From positions 9,550,001 through 9,614,000 of the forward strand of contig CM075995.1 in NCBI GenBank assembly GCA_038087875.1: a stretch of DNA of 64,000 nucleotides, written 5' to 3'. Under the pieces are notes generated by a model. It saw only the letters and a list, made by a program, of their open reading frames with translations. It did not search any database and was not told the origin of the DNA. Below are positions 59,225-64,000 of the stretch, one piece after another; position 1 is the stretch's first letter; every line of letters starts with the position of its first letter. Source of the stretch: Malacoraja senta (Eukaryota). A program made the translations under genes and the position numbers.

Positions 59225-60030
59225 AGGCCATGCCGGCCAATTCCGTACCTGCTCTAGCCACAACTCTGGCCCAAATTCCGAGCCTGTCTTGAAAACCAAT
59301 CCTGGCCACGAAACACAATTCTGGCCTCAATTCCATGCTTGGAACCCTAGTATTGTGCAGACAAGGAGTAAAGGCGACCCCTAGGAGGAGCGGAACCAGG
59401 CAGGAGGTCTATGGCGCAGTCATAGGGCCGATGAGGAGGAAGGGAGGTGGCCCTAGACTTGCTAAAAACCTCCCCAAAGTCATGGTACTCGGCTGGGACC
59501 CCCGTCAGATCTGGAGCAGCACTGGAGCAGGTGGCCAGTTGGGGAGCTGAGGCTTGCTTCAGGCACACTTGGTAGCAGGAAGGGCTCCAACCCAAGACGA
59601 CCCCCGTCCTCCAGTCGATGTTGGGGTTGTGTCGCAGAAGCCAGGGGTAACCCAGGATGAGGGGAAGACGGGGAGACTGCAGGATGTGGAACTGGATGGT
59701 CTCATGGTGATTAGCAGACAGGAGCATGCGCACTGGGACCGTCCAGTGAGAAACAGTCCCCAGGCGATGGCCATCGAGGGCGTCGGCGGGAACAGGTTCA
59801 GGCAGGGGAACACAACTGATGCCTAGCTGGTGGGCTAGTTCCTTGTCCATAAGATTAATGTCACAACCAGAGTCTATGAAGGTTGCGAGGGTGTGAGGAC
59901 CATCAGACAACAGCAGACGGGCATGACAAAGAGGGCGTCGGGCAGAGGAATGTTCCCGTTCCTCAGGGGTGAGACTGGTGCGACCCACCTGCATGGGTTC
60001 GGGTTGCCTCGACGGTTGCCCCAACGAGGG
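59225..60030 (-). mobile_element. Gypsy (chromovirus/Sushi-like) protease-to-RT-start fragment
   Basis: FIDSGCDINLMD, ILGYPWL and LPPHRPYDCAIDLLPG...GRLYSLS. Confidence 0.88.
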
Positions 60031-60031
60031 T

Positions 60032-62305
60032 AGTCCAGTCCAGTCTTACAAACTGATGTTAGTGTCTTGGGATGGGGAGCCACTAATACCAATTCTAGCT
60101 GCGGCGGCAGATGGAATGTGCATGAGGCATTAATTCTTCAGGCGCATGGTATTAATTATTTAGAGTTGCTCGGAGCATTCTATGGCTTAAAGGTGTATTG
60201 TTCTACTATGCATGATTTACATGTTCAGCTCCAGATTGATAACACTAGAGCAGTTGCATATGTCAATCACATGGGGGTAATCAAGTCCGTATCATGTGAT
60301 AAGCAGGTTAACATTATTTGGCATTGGTGTATTGCAAGAAACATCTGGATTTCAGCTATCTACTTACCAGGTAGATATAACATGGTGGCGGACACCAGGT
60401 CACGAAAACACAGAGTAGATGTTGAATCCGGAAATATTTAATGATGTTGTCGCCCGGTATGGTTTGCCAGATATCGATTTGTTTGCATCCAGATTAAATC
60501 ACCAGTTACCAAAGTATGTTTCATGGGAGCCAGACCCAGGGGCTGTAGAGGTAGATGCATTCTCGCTACACTGGGGTGGAATGTTCTTTTATGCTTTTCC
60601 CCCATTTTGTCTCATCAGTCGGTGATTGAGATTGAGATTAAGATTGAGCAGGACTCCGCCTCAGGCATTTTGGTAGTTCCCGACTGGCCTACACAACCAT
60701 GGTTCCCACTTGTTCTGAGACTAATCACACAGCCTTTCATGGTTGTCCCCAAATGCAGCAACCTGCTGCTTCACCCTGTGACAGGGGAGAGTCATCCTTT
60801 ACATGATCGTATTAATCTCTTGATTTGCAGATTCTGACAAGACCGTTCCTGGGGCTCGGACTATCAGATTGTACGGTGGATGTAATTACTGCGGCCTGGA
60901 GGGATAGTACTAAGAAACAATACGTCTCTCATATCAAGAAATGGGAGATGTTCTGCTTGCAGTCAAACATATCTTATCACACTGCAAGCATACCTGATGT
61001 GTTGGAGTTCCTTGCCACTTTATATTTTGATGAGCGACTGAGCTATAGTGCCATCAATAGTGCCAGGAGTGCCTTATCGTACTATCTATGGCAGGGTTCG
61101 GGACAACACTCTGTTGGGTCTCATCCACTAGTATCCCGGTTCATGAAGGGTATTTTTAACTGTAATCCTCTTAAGCCTAGGTATACGGAGATCTGGGATG
61201 TGAGTGTAGTTCTCACACTACTTCGTCAATGGGCTCCAAATACATCTCTGTCTTTGCAAAGACTCACTCTTAAAGTAGTCATGCTCATGGCGCTTGTTTC
61301 AGCGCAACGTGTCCATACGTTGCAAAAGCTACGACTGGACAGCAGGGTTTCTTTTGTAAATAACTACATTTTATGTTTATGATTTAATCAAGCAGAGCAG
61401 GCCAGGGACGTCAGGGATTAAACTGAGTTTTATGGCATATCCCATAGACCTACGGCTATGTGTAGTTACGCACCTGCTGCTGTATATCAAGATCACCAAG
61501 AGCCTTAGAGGCTCTGAAATTACGATGTACATCAGTCACAAAAAACCTCATAAGAAGGTGTCGGTACAGATCATTTCTAGGTGGATGAAACAAGTTTTGG
61601 GTTGTGCCGCGGCGGACACTGATGTTTTTAAATCTCACTCCACCAGGACGGCATCAACATCGGCAGCGGGGGCACTGGACGTCCCTTTAGACCAAATCCT
61701 CGGGGCCGCAGGATGGTCCAATGAAGGGACATTTCAATGGTTTTATAATAAACCTGTTCTCACGCCGGGAGTATTTGTCCATTCTATTTTAAGTTCTGTT
61801 TTATAGCTTCCCCCTGAGAGAGAGGGGTCATTATTGTTTCTTTTGTTTATTAAAGCATTAACATGTATAAGTTTGAATTATGTTTGAATGCATTATTTAT
61901 TCATCCTGTGTCAACTGAGGCAGTGTGTCATATGGACTTGTATCCACGGCATGAAATCACAGAGCATTGAAATCTTCACGGAATCACACGTGACTCCGAT
62001 GTAAAATAGTAAGATTAAACGAGAACTTACCAGTTTGAAGTTTGATCTTTATTTTATGAGGAGTTACGATGAGCGATTACGTGCCCACCGCTCCCAACCC
62101 TCACATCACAAAGGTCATCTGGTAGTTATAATCTTTTGAGTCTTACTATGTTACTTCGACTGTCGTTACCTGTGATTTCACACCACTGCTTTGAAGATTG
62201 ACGCGAGTGCAGACTGGCGGGGCTTCTTCACGTAATCGCTCATCGTACCTCCTCATAAAATAAAGATCAAACTTCAAACTGGTAAGTTCTCGTTTAATCT
62301 TACTA
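60032..62305 (+). mobile_element. DIRS right arm (RNase H, MT, YR, ICR, right terminus)
   Basis: TDVSVLGWG, INYLEL, DLFAS...YAFPPF, SAQRV, HSTR and AAGW. 62007-62083 is inverted to 62229-62305 (77 bp). Confidence 0.92.
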
Positions 62306-64000
62306 TTATATCACTCTACGTTTTCTTCCAAAGCAAGAGGAACAGCAAATCTAATTCGTAAAGGTATACCATTCAAACACAAATCCACTATAGCTGATAA
62401 GGAAGGCAGGTACATTATAATATCAGGTGAATTGTATTCAACTCCATTGACCTTGGTGAATATTTATGCTCCTAACTTCGATAATCCCCAATTTTTTAAT
62501 TAAATATTTAATACATTTCCAGACGCTGGTCGGCATAATCTGATAATTCGGGGAGATTTAAATTGTGTATTAGATCAATACTTGGATAAATCTTCACTTC
62601 ATAGGAAAAGTACATCAAAATCGAGTGACCTTTTAAACACCTATATAAACAATACAAACTTAAGAAACGTATGGAGGATTTCCAATCCTTCTGGAAGAGA
62701 ATACTCTTTCTATTCAGGTGTTCATAAAGTTTATACACGAATTGACTATTTCTTGGTTGACGCCAAACTTATCCCTTATACCTACAATCCAAAATATCAC
62801 AACATTATTATTTTGGATCATTGTCCCCTTACTTTTTCTGTAAAATTGGAAGGAATGAATAACAAACAGCCGTTTTGGAGATTTAACCACAAATACTAGC
62901 TGAGGCAAGCTGTTGTGACTATCTGAAGCTACAGATGAAAACATTTTTTGAGACAAACGACACCCCCGATATTTCTCCATCCTTGCTGTGGGAAACGTTT
63001 AAAGCCTATGTTAGAGGCTGTATTATCGCATACCAAGCTTTTCAAAACAAGAAAAATAAGACTGAACAACTGGAATTAGAAAAACAGATAAAACAATTAG
63101 ACCTAGAAAATGCGGCTGATCCATCCACTAACACAATAAGATAGCTGCACTTAAATTCAAATTAAATCAGATTCTCTCAGCAAGAATTATTAGGGTATTT
63201 CAATATACTAAACAAAAAAAATTGAATTTGGTGATAAACCACATAAACTGCTAGCACGCCAACTTTGCAAATTAGTGAATGATCATACTATACACAAAAT
63301 TAGATCAGAAAAAGGAGATGTGCTTACACTGCCTAAAGATATCAATGAAAGGTTCTTACAATTCTACCAAACCTTATATTCATCAAAAACAACAGTCGAT
63401 TCTGCAAAGATGAAAAGCTTTCTTGAGAATTGCAATCTCCCATCTCTTAATGAGGGGGAACGGGATGAATTAGGCGTAGAGATAACAACAAAAGACATTG
63501 TAGAGACTATTAAATCATTGAAAAGTGGAAAAACTCCTGGCCCGGATGGGCTTAATAACAAATTTTATATAAAATTTAATGATTTAATCTCTCCACGCTT
63601 ACAAGCCCTTTACATTCAAGCATTTAAAGAACAGACTTTACCACAAACTCTTGCTGAATCAACTATTACATTAATTCCAAAAAAAGATAAAAAATCTCGA
63701 GGAGCCTGGATCCTAAAGGGCAATAGCCCTTTTAAATACGGATCAGAAATTTGAGACGTTTGTCTAATATAATGTATTCACATAAAACTGAAGAAGAAGA
63801 TTTATCAATTATTTCATTGGACGCAGAAATAGCATTTGATCAAGTAGAATGGCAATATCTGTTTAAAGTATTGCAAAAATGTAATATGTGAGAGAACTTT
63901 ATCACATGGGTAAAATTATTATATGACAAGCCGACTGCTAGAATACTGACCAATAACATGTTATCTTCGAAATTTCAATGAACAAGGGACAATAGACAGG

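Larger units (their letters stand above)
54793..64000 (+). mobile_element. L1 retrotransposon (5' end at 54793) interrupted by a DIRS/Gypsy block at 56467-62305; runs off the window end
   Basis: Starts GACTTCCGGTGGCGCTATGG, with ORF1 at 54961-55853. ORF2 reads FCSWNVRG before the block and YHSTFSSKARG...LIRKGIPF after it, later LWETFKAYVRG and KTPGPDG. Confidence 0.92.

Overview
This is vertebrate genomic DNA, most likely from a cartilaginous fish (skate or ray). That inference rests on abundant HER1/CR1-type LINEs with (TTTCTATG)n or (TATTGTC)n tails, fish-type L1, Rex1/Babar, DIRS and Penelope-type repeats. Most of the window is nested, decayed transposable elements. These include two L1s, many CR1/HER1 pieces, one full-length TSD-flanked I-group (Nimb-like) LINE, three DIRS tyrosine-recombinase retrotransposon copies, Gypsy remnants, hAT- and Harbinger-like non-autonomous DNA elements, and Penelope-type repeats with hammerhead-like cores. 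One host gene, largely missed by the ORF track, can be reconstructed on the minus strand: a secreted F-type lectin (fucolectin-like). Four exons (49346-49356, 48671-48735, 40690-40972, 39612-39760) have GT-AG boundaries and matching phases, and a probable terminal exon starts at 31051. The fucose-binding motif is strongly rewritten, and the terminal exon is the relic second half of a second lectin domain. All family assignments come from motif recognition by eye, no database searches were run, and repeat boundaries are approximate.
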